From an uncultured Holophagae bacterium (lineage in GTDB: Bacteria; Acidobacteriota; Thermoanaerobaculia; Thermoanaerobaculales; Sulfomarinibacteraceae), in NCBI GenBank assembly GCA_963801995.1, contig CAWDGW010000014.1, positions 643,393 to 707,392 of the forward strand: 64,000 nt of DNA. The letters run 5' to 3'. The translations under genes and the position numbers were made by a program. The notes beneath the pieces were generated by a model. That model did not search any database, was not told the origin of the DNA, and was given only the letters and a program-made list of their open reading frames with translations. This document shows, in pieces, positions 55,791-64,000 of this stretch. Each line of letters begins with the position of its first letter. Positions within the stretch are counted from its first letter, which is position 1.

Positions 55791-56272
55791 ACCGGGTCGG
55801 CAAATCAAACCGTTGCACTCCGAGCTTCGGTGTCGCCGTCTTGTTGATGGCCACATGGGCTGTAGTGGTCCCGGCGGCTGTCGATGCACAATCCGGGACC
55901 ATGCAGAGGATTCAGTATGGTGAGGTGGTGTCGGCCCAACAGGTCGTCATCCGAGATCAGGCCACCGGCCGGGGCGCCCAGACGGGCGCAACCGTTGGCG
56001 CGATCGCAGGCTATGCCTTGGCCGACCGGGGGGACCGTTGGATCGGTAGCTTGCTCGGCGGGGTCTTGGGTGGTGCCGCGGGCCATGGGGCCGAGAAGGC
56101 GGCCAACAAGAGACCCGGGTGGGAGCTGATCGTTCGCCTCGACAATGGCGAGGAGGTGGGTGTCCAGGTGCCGTCGCCAAGGAAGAAAAGGGACCGTCAG
56201 ACCTTCAGGCCTGGCGACCGAGTGCGCATGATGACCGGCCCCAACGGACAGACTCAGGTCACGCCCGCCTGA
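55787..56272 (+). CDS. Glycine-zipper (SlyB/17-kDa-antigen-like) outer-membrane protein
   Basis: ATGA overlap with the previous gene. It carries GATVGAIAGYALA..IGSLLGGVLGGAAG. Confidence 0.5.
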   Translation: MNRVGKSNRCTPSFGVAVLLMATWAVVVPAAVDAQSGTMQRIQYGEVVSAQQVVIRDQATGRGAQTGATVGAIAGYALADRGDRWIGSLLGGVLGGAAGHGAEKAANKRPGWELIVRLDNGEEVGVQVPSPRKKRDRQTFRPGDRVRMMTGPNGQTQVTPA

Positions 56273-56413
56273 ACGGATCACGTCAGATTTGGTTCCGCGA
56301 TTGGAGAACCCGCCCCCATTCAGATCCTCCAGCTCACCGCGCGCGAATCTCCCGGTTCTCTGGTGTGCAATGCAATTCTCCCGGTATGATGGCGTTTTAG
56401 GGAGGGCCATAGA

Positions 56414-57286
56414 GTGATTTCCAGGTTCATGCGTCAGCCGGTGGTGCACGTAGCCATCCTCGGTGTGGTCGTAGCAGCAGCCATTTTGATCGTCAAGGGT
56501 CCTCCAACCGGTGATGAGGCGAAAAGGGTGGTGGTCACGGGTGCTGATGTGATGCAGCTCCGGGCCGGCTTCATGCGCACCTGGCAGCGAGAGCCCACTC
56601 CGGTGGAACTGCGCGGAGAGCTCGAGAAATTTATCCGCCAGGAGGTGCTCTACCGCGAGGCCCTGGCCCGAGGCTACGACCGTGACGATCTGGTGGTGCG
56701 CCGAGCCATGCAGCAGAAGATGGAGTTTCTGGCGGCATCCCAGGCGCTTCGGACGCCGCCCACCGATGACGAGATCGAGGCCTACTTTTCGCTGCGGCAG
56801 GAGCGCTATCGCGAGCCGGCGGTGGTGGCTCTTGCCCAGGTCTATGTCAGCACCGATCGCCGAGGGGACAGTGCGGACGAGGATGCGCGGGAGCTTTTGG
56901 GGCGACTCCAAGGCGTCGATCCGGAGTTGACCGATCTCGAGACCTGGGGCGATCCGATCATGTTGCCATTCATTGCCTCCGGCCTCACCGAACAGGATCT
57001 GCGATCCACATTTGGCGAGGAATTCGCGGCGTCGGTCCTCGACCTTCCGGTCGCTACCTGGGTAGGGCCCATTCGTTCCGGTTACGGCTTCCATCTCGTC
57101 CATGTACTTAGCAAGCAAGATTCGCGAATCCCTGACGTGAAGGATGTCGCTCCAAGGGTGATCAACGACATGGAGTTTGAAGCCCGAAATGCGGCCCGAG
57201 AACAGCTCTACCAGGAAATCGCCCAGACCTACCAGATCATGCTCGACCGGCCGGTGCGGGAGCTTTTGGCGGCCACCACCGGATGA
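56414..57286 (+). CDS. Peptidyl-prolyl isomerase-like (parvulin/PpiC-type) periplasmic protein
   Basis: It has an N-terminal TM anchor, a SurA-N-like helical part, and a C-terminal GPIRSGYGFHLVHV. Confidence 0.5.
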   Translation: MISRFMRQPVVHVAILGVVVAAAILIVKGPPTGDEAKRVVVTGADVMQLRAGFMRTWQREPTPVELRGELEKFIRQEVLYREALARGYDRDDLVVRRAMQQKMEFLAASQALRTPPTDDEIEAYFSLRQERYREPAVVALAQVYVSTDRRGDSADEDARELLGRLQGVDPELTDLETWGDPIMLPFIASGLTEQDLRSTFGEEFAASVLDLPVATWVGPIRSGYGFHLVHVLSKQDSRIPDVKDVAPRVINDMEFEARNAAREQLYQEIAQTYQIMLDRPVRELLAATTG

Positions 57287-59430
57287 GTCATCTGAGGATC
57301 TCCCTGATACTGGCGATCCTGTGTGTCATCGCCGGAACCACCTTCGGTGATGTGGCGTTTCCTGCGCGGATGGTGATCGAAGAGACCGCTCCCGGCAGGT
57401 ATGACGTCATCTTCACCCTCCCAATCGTGGAAGGGCGCAAGCTGCGGGCCCAACCAATTCTGCCCCCGATCTGCAGCGACGCCACCGACCGCGAGATTTC
57501 GGTGTCCGGCGTGGGCCACACAACCTCGTGGACGGTGATGTGCGATCCGCAGTCCCTTGAAGGTGAAGCGGTCCTCATTGAAGGTCTGCTCGGAACCCAG
57601 ACCGATCTCGCCTTCACGCTCACCACCCTCGACGGCAGGGTCTTTTCCGAGATTCTGAGACCTTCTCGGCCCGGCTTTCTGGTGCCGTCGCCGCCGTCGC
57701 CCCTGAATCTGGGTGGACGTGCCGTGGTCGAGGGCATGCGGCGCGTGCTCCAACAGCTCCCATTGTGGCTGTTGATGGCTGTCGTGGTGGTACGTGGCGC
57801 CGGTTGGAGGGAGCTGTTTGCAGGCGGGGTCGGATTCTCTTTTGCGCACGGTTTGGCTCAGTGGCTTGGCGGTCACGGATGGTTGCTGGTGTCGCCGCTG
57901 GTTCGAGATTTTTTCGTTCTCGGCTTGGCCGTATCCCTCGCAGTGGCACTGATTGATGGGGAGCGTGGCGGACGCCGTTGGATGCCGGCCGCCGGGCCGG
58001 CGGCTCTGTTGACCGGACTGCTCTATGGGGGCGCAGAGCCCGAGGCAATCCCGGCTGCCGGCCTGTCCAGCGTCGAGCAAAGTCTGGCGCTAGTCCTGTT
58101 CGCCATCGGTGCCGGAGCAGGGTTGTTGTTGATCGCTCTGGTGGCCGCCGAGATCCGAACGATATTGAAGACGTTTGGCGGCGGGAAATTCTGGTCCCCG
58201 GCGATGAGGTTTTTCGGCTATGGGATCGGCGGCCTCGCCACCGGGATGTTGCTCGCCCGACTTGTGAGCCTGGGTTTGCTGGCCGGCGACGTCCAGCGGA
58301 CGACGGTCGAGCTGGCTCTGTTGGCTCTGGTGCTTGGCCCGACCCTGACGTGGGTCGGCCTGGGAGGTGGCCGGGCCCTTCTCTCTTTTGTGGTCTTGGC
58401 GGTAGCGGCGCTGGGTCCGGGGTTGTCGGGTATCCCCATACCTCTGGCCGCGGTGGTGGCGACCGGTTCGCTCATGCTGTTGGGCGGGACATTGGCCTTC
58501 GGGTGGCCGCTTGCAACGCGGTGGGTCGCCGCGGCGGGCGTGGTGGCGGTCATCTTCCATTCGTGGTCCACGGGCCTCCAGCTTCTCGAAAACGTATCCA
58601 AGTCCACAGGTGCAGCTGCGGGAGCTGTGCTGGTCGCGACCTGTGTCCTGTTCGCCGGTTTGTCAATGGTTCGGGCGATCAGGCCGGAGCCCCTTGGCGT
58701 TGGAATCAGGGGGATGGGTGGGGCGGTCGCCGTGGCAGCGATTTTGTCGCGGTTGGCCGATTACCGGGTCTGGTTTGACACCCAGTTCGCTACCGAAGCC
58801 GCTCTCGGGCTGATCCAGTTTCCTGCACTGTTCGTTGGACTCGTCATCGCCGCCCTGGTGGTCTGGTCGCGGAATCGCCGTGCCTCGAACGAGCCTGGAG
58901 TGATGCAGCGAACCCGCGTCGCCCACTGGGTTCTTCTTGGTCTCGCTTTTCTGTTGGTTCCCCATGGTACGTGGGGCCTGCCCAATCCGTTCTTCAGACC
59001 ACATGCGCCCGAGGGGGAGGACGCTCGCCGAGTGGTCACCAGCGTGCTGTGGGAAACCTACCGCGCCTTCAACCTGAGTGACGAAGACGAGCTGTACGAC
59101 AGGCTCGCCGAAAATGTGAGTGGCGATCTCGTAAACGATATCTACCTGGACAGCCGCCGAAGGCTGATGGCCGGGACCCGTGAGGGAGCCGTGGTGACCG
59201 TTCGTGAGGTGGAGGTACTGGACATCGGTGCGCCGCGGGAGACAGCTGGGTTCACCTACGATTGTCGATGGGCGGTCACGGCACGTGTGAGCCACCTGAA
59301 GCACGTCCACCTTCGGCAGAACACCTACAGCGGCATGCTCACCCTGATCGTGGAGGGTGACCGTTGGAAGATCGGCGGGATAGAGCTCGAGAGCGAGGAT
59401 CGGGTGGTGTTGTGGGCGTCGTCGCGTTGA
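57283..59430 (+). CDS. Large polytopic membrane protein, hypothetical
   Basis: 715 aa, with ATGA overlap with the PPIase-like gene. It has an N-terminal periplasmic domain, about 12 hydrophobic helices, and a soluble C-terminal domain of about 130 aa. Confidence 0.45.
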   Translation: MSHLRISLILAILCVIAGTTFGDVAFPARMVIEETAPGRYDVIFTLPIVEGRKLRAQPILPPICSDATDREISVSGVGHTTSWTVMCDPQSLEGEAVLIEGLLGTQTDLAFTLTTLDGRVFSEILRPSRPGFLVPSPPSPLNLGGRAVVEGMRRVLQQLPLWLLMAVVVVRGAGWRELFAGGVGFSFAHGLAQWLGGHGWLLVSPLVRDFFVLGLAVSLAVALIDGERGGRRWMPAAGPAALLTGLLYGGAEPEAIPAAGLSSVEQSLALVLFAIGAGAGLLLIALVAAEIRTILKTFGGGKFWSPAMRFFGYGIGGLATGMLLARLVSLGLLAGDVQRTTVELALLALVLGPTLTWVGLGGGRALLSFVVLAVAALGPGLSGIPIPLAAVVATGSLMLLGGTLAFGWPLATRWVAAAGVVAVIFHSWSTGLQLLENVSKSTGAAAGAVLVATCVLFAGLSMVRAIRPEPLGVGIRGMGGAVAVAAILSRLADYRVWFDTQFATEAALGLIQFPALFVGLVIAALVVWSRNRRASNEPGVMQRTRVAHWVLLGLAFLLVPHGTWGLPNPFFRPHAPEGEDARRVVTSVLWETYRAFNLSDEDELYDRLAENVSGDLVNDIYLDSRRRLMAGTREGAVVTVREVEVLDIGAPRETAGFTYDCRWAVTARVSHLKHVHLRQNTYSGMLTLIVEGDRWKIGGIELESEDRVVLWASSR

Positions 59431-59460
59431 GGCGGCGGTTCGGTGGTTGAGGGGTGGGAC

Positions 59461-59485
59461 AAATCGAACGTCGAAAATCGAAAAC
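59461..59485. repeat. Heptamer repeat (AAATCGA-type x3.5)
   Basis: AAATCGA ACGTCGA AAATCGA AAAC, about 30 nt upstream of the DUF4136 start. Confidence 0.8.
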
Positions 59486-59513
59486 CCGGTTGAATGAACC
59501 AAGGAGAGACAGC

Positions 59514-60077
59514 ATGAGGATCCTGCTCGTTTTTGCCATGCTCGCAACGCTCGGCGTTGCGCCTGCCGGTGCCCAGACGGTGTACGTGGACTACGACCGG
59601 GGGGTCGAGCCTGGTACGTTCACGTCGTTTGACTGGGTGCCGACGCCGGAGACCTCGCTTCAAGACGTCGACCCGCAGCTCCACTCGCAGGTGAAGAACG
59701 CCATCGAGTACTACCTCACCAAGGGCGGCCTGACACAGGTGGACATGACCCCCGAGCTGCTGGTCACCTACCACACCGAAGTGGCCGGGTTGGTGAGGCT
59801 CGATGCCACCAGCTACGGTTACGACTACGGGCCTGGATGGACCTGGGACCCGGATTGGGGCGAGGAGGCCGGGGATTACAGCAAGAAGGTCCGGACCTAT
59901 CCCCGAGGCACCCTGATCATCGACATCTGGGACATGGCCACCGGCATGGTGGTGTGGCGGGGGACTGTGGTGGGCATCGTCGCCGAAACGCCGTCAGATG
60001 CGGTCGACGAGCTCGACGAGGCCCTGCGCGCCATGGTCGCGAAATGGCAGGAGATCTCCCGGGGAACTCAAGATTGA
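59514..60077 (+). CDS. DUF4136 domain protein with signal peptide (paralog 4 of 4)
   Basis: RBS AAGGAGAG. Motifs: VYVDYDRGVEPGTFTSFDW, ELLVTYH and GTLIIDIWDMATGMVVWRG. Confidence 0.7.
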   Translation: MRILLVFAMLATLGVAPAGAQTVYVDYDRGVEPGTFTSFDWVPTPETSLQDVDPQLHSQVKNAIEYYLTKGGLTQVDMTPELLVTYHTEVAGLVRLDATSYGYDYGPGWTWDPDWGEEAGDYSKKVRTYPRGTLIIDIWDMATGMVVWRGTVVGIVAETPSDAVDELDEALRAMVAKWQEISRGTQD

Positions 60078-60088
60078 AAATTGAAGAT
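60071..60088. repeat. H1 heptamer repeat, reverse orientation (2.5 units)
   Basis: AGATTGAAAATTGAAGAT contains the DUF4136 stop codon and is followed by CCCCCC. Confidence 0.8.
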
Positions 60089-60122
60089 CCCCCCACCGCC
60101 CGGTCGGTCGGGTCGCGGAGAT

Positions 60123-60209
60123 GTGCAGCCAAGATGGCCGCACCACAATTTGGCACAGCCGATACGAAGGGCGAATCAGCACGGCGGATTTGTGGTGCGG
60201 GCTTCCAGC

Positions 60210-60220
<11 letters not shown>
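60123..60220. repeat. Inverted, diverged copy of the junction module of the 162-bp array
   Basis: GTGCAGCCAAGATGGCCGCACCACAAT, a 39-nt loop, then ATTTGTGGTGCGGGCTTCCAGCCTGCACAGCTCC. This is the reverse complement of the array segments ..GGAGCTGTGCAGGCTGGAAGCCCGCACCACAAT and ATTGTGGTGCAGCCATCTTGGCTGCAC. Confidence 0.85.
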
Positions 60221-60270
<50 letters not shown>

Positions 60271-60321
60271 GCCTGCCGGGTTCGCGGAGCAGAAACGCAG
60301 GGGGACAAAGGGGCAGAGGAG

Positions 60322-60990
60322 ATTGTGGTGCAGCCATCTTGGCTGCACACCACCACGGTCGTGTCAGCAGGCTGGAAGCCCGCACCACCATGGGCCCTGC
60401 CATCCTGGCGTTGGAGCTGTGCAGGCTGGAAGCCCGCACCACAATCTGGCCCAGCTGATTGCAGGAGCGAGTCGGCGGGAGAAATTGTGGTGCAGCCATC
60501 TTGGCTGCACACCACCACGGTCGTGTCAGCAGGCTGGAAGCCCGCACCACCATGGCCCCTGCCATCCTGGCGTTGGAGCTGTGCAGGCTGGAAGCCCGCA
60601 CCACAATCTGGCCCAGCTGATTGCAGGAGCGAGTCGGCGGGAGAAATTGTGGTGCAGCCATCTTGGCTGCACATCTCCACGGTCGTGTCAGCAGGCCAGA
60701 GGCCCGCACCACCATGGCCCCTGCCATCCTGGCGTCGGAGCTGTGCAGGCTGGAAGCCCGCACCACAATCTGGCCCAGCTGATTGCAGGAGCGAGTCGGC
60801 GGGAGAAATTGTGGTGCAGCCATCTTGGCTGCACATCTCCACGGTCGTGTCAGCAGGCCAGAGGCCCGCACCACCATGGCCCCTGCCATCCTGGCGTTGG
60901 AGCTGTGCAGGCTGGAAGCCCGCACCACAATCTGGCCCAGCTGATTGCAGGAGCGAGTCGGCGGGAGAAATTGTGGTGCAGCCATCTTGG

Positions 60991-60996
<6 letters not shown>
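60322..60996. repeat. 162-bp tandem repeat array, ~4.2 copies, hairpin-rich, apparently non-coding
   Basis: Units start at 60322, 60484, 60646 and 60808, with a partial unit at 60970 (exact 162-nt spacing). Copies are near-identical, with a few shared variants in copies 3-4. Confidence 0.95.
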
Positions 60997-61049
<53 letters not shown>

Positions 61050-61051
<2 letters not shown>

Positions 61052-61080
61052 CCAACTGCCAACTGCCACCTGCCAACTGC
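61050..61080. repeat. Heptamer repeat H3 (TGCCAAC-type x4.4)
   Basis: TGCCAAC TGCCAAC TGCCACC TGCCAAC TGC, abutting the VWA gene stop codon. Confidence 0.9.
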
Positions 61081-62748
61081 TCACTGCGTTGCTTGGGCCT
61101 CCGCCTTGGTGATGGTGTTCGTATACGTCCTGCCGCCGTAGACGTCGTACAACGCCATTGAGACGCGCTCGGTGTTCTTGCGCAGCTTGAGTGTCACGGT
61201 GTGGGCCACCAATCCGTTGACCGGGAACGGACTCGGGCTCGACAGCAACAGCGGAATTGCCGGTACCTCGCTGCGACCGCCCGAGGCATCGAGGGCGGCA
61301 ACGAAGAGGACGGCTTCGGCGTCGAAACCGGTCTCCGACTTTTGGATCGTGAGGGCACCGATGGGAATGGACATGTCGATGTCCACGTGGAACAGCCCGC
61401 GGCCCGCCTCTTCCACCGACCCGAGTTTCATCTGCAGCTCGGAAGACGGGCGTCCCATTCCGAAGAGCAGCGAGCTTTCCACCGCCATGGCGACCTGGGT
61501 CTGGGCGGCCAGGTCGAGGTAGCCCGATCGGGTGCGCAAGAACACGTCGTCCCGTGATACCTCGACCCGGATGGAGTGCCGTTCGTCGTTCCGATTCCAC
61601 TCCGGCGTGAATCCGAGCCAGTAGAAGGACTCCACGTCCTTGCGGACTTCGCCCAGCGCGCTGATGCGCCGGTCGTTGATGAGAGCCATGCCGCCGGTCT
61701 CGGCAGACATGAATCGGAGCGAACTGTGGAGGTCATCCTCCAGGAAAAACTCGGTGCTGCCGTAGGCGGCTCCGCGGCCGGAAGCCATCGCGGCGTCGCT
61801 GCCGCCGGACTGCATGAAGCCGGGTATGTCAATTCCGTAGATGCTGTAACCGAGCAGGTTCGCGGTTTCGGCGAGGGGTCCGTAGAGATCCGCCCCCGAT
61901 GGAATCTGTCCCTCCTGGATCGACCGGGTGGCGCTCCGGCCGACCCAGTCGTCCACGTTCATGGGCCAGCCGCCGGCCAGCAGCAGCAGGGCCTTGCGGC
62001 CGGGGATGACGTCGAGGCCGCGCATGGCTGACGCGGCCGCGCCCACGGTGCCCTGGAGCTGGCCCACCAGCATGTCGGCGTAGATCCTCTCCTGGGTACC
62101 CAGCCGGTAACGGTCACCGCCGCCGAATGCCGCCGAGGCCCCGAGGTCTGACGGATCGAGGGTCACGCTGTACTGCTTTCTTTCGAGTTGTCGGGTGAGT
62201 CCCTGTGCGGGTCGTCGCAGCGCCTCGTCGATGGCGGCAAGCGCTGTCGCCTTGTCGTTGGTCCAGTCGGTGAGAACACTGACCCCGGTGCCGTTCCAGG
62301 CGACAACGGCCACCCGGTCCTGGGGCCGCCACTCCCCGGAGGCCTGGACTCGCTCCTTCAGCGCCGTGAGCACCTGTTTCTTGTCGCGGGCGATGGGGAA
62401 GAACTCGTCGATGAAGACGAGAAAGCTGGTACCGGACGGGCCGCCCGCCACCACGCCGTAGTCCGCATACCGCTCGACGGTGTCCACATAGGCACCCTCG
62501 CGAACCTCGGTGAAGTACTCGATGGGCGCTTTCACGTCGTCCACATAGAGCGTGAAATCGTCCTTGGTGAGGCCCGGGATCCGTTGTCCGTCTCGATCCG
62601 AAATGACGACTTCGAAGTTGAGGACCTTCACCTCGAGGGTGTCCGCGTAGGTCCTCGTGGGCTGCTGCGCCCCCACCGTGCCGACCCCAACCGCAACCGT
62701 CACTGCCATCGCACCGAGTGCCAAGGCCTTGAGTGGAAATGCTCTCAT
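61081..62748 (-). CDS. VWA domain protein of the acidobacterial VWFA-related type (TIGR03436-like)
   Basis: 555 aa. After a signal peptide comes LEVKVLNFEVVISDRDGQRIPGLTKDDFTLYVDDVKAPIEYF, the typical N-terminus of this family. VWA-like FLVFIDEF.. and LLLLAGGWP follow. Confidence 0.65.
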   Translation of the reverse strand: MRAFPLKALALGAMAVTVAVGVGTVGAQQPTRTYADTLEVKVLNFEVVISDRDGQRIPGLTKDDFTLYVDDVKAPIEYFTEVREGAYVDTVERYADYGVVAGGPSGTSFLVFIDEFFPIARDKKQVLTALKERVQASGEWRPQDRVAVVAWNGTGVSVLTDWTNDKATALAAIDEALRRPAQGLTRQLERKQYSVTLDPSDLGASAAFGGGDRYRLGTQERIYADMLVGQLQGTVGAAASAMRGLDVIPGRKALLLLAGGWPMNVDDWVGRSATRSIQEGQIPSGADLYGPLAETANLLGYSIYGIDIPGFMQSGGSDAAMASGRGAAYGSTEFFLEDDLHSSLRFMSAETGGMALINDRRISALGEVRKDVESFYWLGFTPEWNRNDERHSIRVEVSRDDVFLRTRSGYLDLAAQTQVAMAVESSLLFGMGRPSSELQMKLGSVEEAGRGLFHVDIDMSIPIGALTIQKSETGFDAEAVLFVAALDASGGRSEVPAIPLLLSSPSPFPVNGLVAHTVTLKLRKNTERVSMALYDVYGGRTYTNTITKAEAQATQ

Positions 62749-62840
62749 CTCGTCCCCCCTCTGGTTCTTCAGAAAACCCGTCCGGTCAATTCAAGGTCCG
62801 ATCGAGGCCGAACATTCCCATTCGTGCCGGATCATGGTTT

Positions 62841-62872
<32 letters not shown>

Positions 62873-62906
62873 AACCGGTGTTGCTCCAGAAAACTACCGC
62901 CCACCC

Positions 62907-64000
62907 TCAGAAGTGATCCCCAATCGCGAAGTAAAACCTGTCCCTTCCGCCCTCGGTAAACCCCCAGGCGAAATAGGCGGGGCCGAGAGGTGTGTCCGCT
63001 CCGACAAAGACGGCCCCGCCGGTCAGCAGGCTGTCGAGTGCGACGGTTTCTTGCCGGCTGTAGGTGTTGCCGGCTTCCAGCGATAACCCCGCCAAGAACC
63101 GTACCCTGAGCCCGGCGACCTCCATGCGCCACAGTCGGCGGTAGGTGAGAAGTCTCGCGAGGGCAACCTTTTCGCCGAGCAGCTCGTCAGTTCCCAGACC
63201 GGAGAGTCGGCCGATGCCGCCCAGACCGAAAAGGTCGAGGACATTGTTCGAGGTGAGCAAGTTTTCGCCGTACTCCAGGTAGGGCACAAGGGTATATTTG
63301 CCGGTGCTCCAGGCGTGTTCCGCCGCCACCCACACGTGCTTGAAGTCACTCTCGGCGCCCAGCGCATCCGACGATTGGGTGTATCGGGCCCGGACCTCCG
63401 AACCCGAATTGGGGAACGCCACCTCATCCACCGTGTCGATGCGGAACTCGAGCTCGCCTCCGCCCCTGATCTCCTGGTCAGAAGGAAAGGACGGGTCGCC
63501 AATCCGAGGAGAACCGGAGACCTCGGAGGTGAAGGCGGTCAGTCGAATCTCGCCCCATTTGCCCAGGACCCGACCGGCAGCGAGGTTCAGCCGAGCGGTG
63601 TCGATGACGTACTCGGCGACCGGTTGCCCGTCGTCCCAGAACTCGAAGAGGGAGCGACCAAACCCCGCAGAGGGTTCCACGAACCACCGCATTCCAGCAT
63701 CGAGAGGCTGATAGAACTCGGTGGCCACCAGACTGTCGGTGCCCAGCTGGATCATGTTCTGCCACTCTCCGCCGCGCCGGTTGGCCGGGAGAAACTGGTG
63801 GCGGGCCAGCAGGAGGTAGCCGGACCCTCCCCTGAAGTCGTCGAGGAATCCGATGCCGAACTGGAGCGATCCCCGGCCGTGGGGCGGCGGTGGGGTTTCC
63901 ACCACGAGGGTGTTCCCTTCCGGCGATTGATCGATCATGAAGCCGATCGAGCCGAAGTACCGGGAGTTGTAGAGCTCGAGCAATTCCTGGCCGAGCTTTT
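62907..64000 (-). CDS. Omp85/bacterial-surface-antigen beta-barrel domain protein, C-terminal part (N-terminus outside the window; possibly a patatin-like type Vd protein)
   Basis: The frame stays open to position 64000 (..KLGQELLELYNSRYFG..). The barrel motifs are GIGRLSGLGTDELLG, AGLSLEAGN and a C-terminal RFYFAIGDHF. Confidence 0.5.
   Translation of the reverse strand, partial: KLGQELLELYNSRYFGSIGFMIDQSPEGNTLVVETPPPPHGRGSLQFGIGFLDDFRGGSGYLLLARHQFLPANRRGGEWQNMIQLGTDSLVATEFYQPLDAGMRWFVEPSAGFGRSLFEFWDDGQPVAEYVIDTARLNLAAGRVLGKWGEIRLTAFTSEVSGSPRIGDPSFPSDQEIRGGGELEFRIDTVDEVAFPNSGSEVRARYTQSSDALGAESDFKHVWVAAEHAWSTGKYTLVPYLEYGENLLTSNNVLDLFGLGGIGRLSGLGTDELLGEKVALARLLTYRRLWRMEVAGLRVRFLAGLSLEAGNTYSRQETVALDSLLTGGAVFVGADTPLGPAYFAWGFTEGGRDRFYFAIGDHF

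Overview
High-GC bacterial chromosomal segment, probably Acidobacteriota (it carries a TIGR03436-type VWA protein and many DUF4136 and outer-membrane barrel genes).

Gene content, left to right:
- A minus-strand operon headed by a GntR regulator (gabD, gabT, IlvD/Edd dehydratase, amidinotransferase, COG2403 GTPase-like protein), with many apparent frameshifts.
- Two sigma-54 enhancer-binding-protein (EBP) loci. Each is followed by an ABM-like small protein, OM beta-barrels and an arylsulfatase.
- An LPS block: two ArnT-like GT39 genes, an ArnB-like aminotransferase, a flippase-like protein, a GT9 heptosyltransferase and a complete ADP-heptose operon (hldD-gmhB-gmhA-hldE).
- AsmA, a plant-type hydroxypyruvate reductase, an RHH-MNT/HEPN toxin-antitoxin pair, a prokaryotic pentameric ligand-gated ion channel and a TMEM175-like channel.

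I saw no rRNA, tRNA, CRISPR array, transposase or integrase.

The most unusual signal is non-coding. A family of 6-8 nt (mostly heptamer) tandem repeats recurs in intergenic regions. It culminates in a 1-kb locus (60.1-61.1 kb) holding a 162-bp x ~4.2 tandem array of nested hairpins, bracketed by a 61-nt perfect direct repeat. There are also several recombination scars: a duplicated gene end, gene fragments, a chimeric barrel gene and a low-GC sulfatase.

All family calls rest on reading the translations and on recalled motifs. No database search was run.
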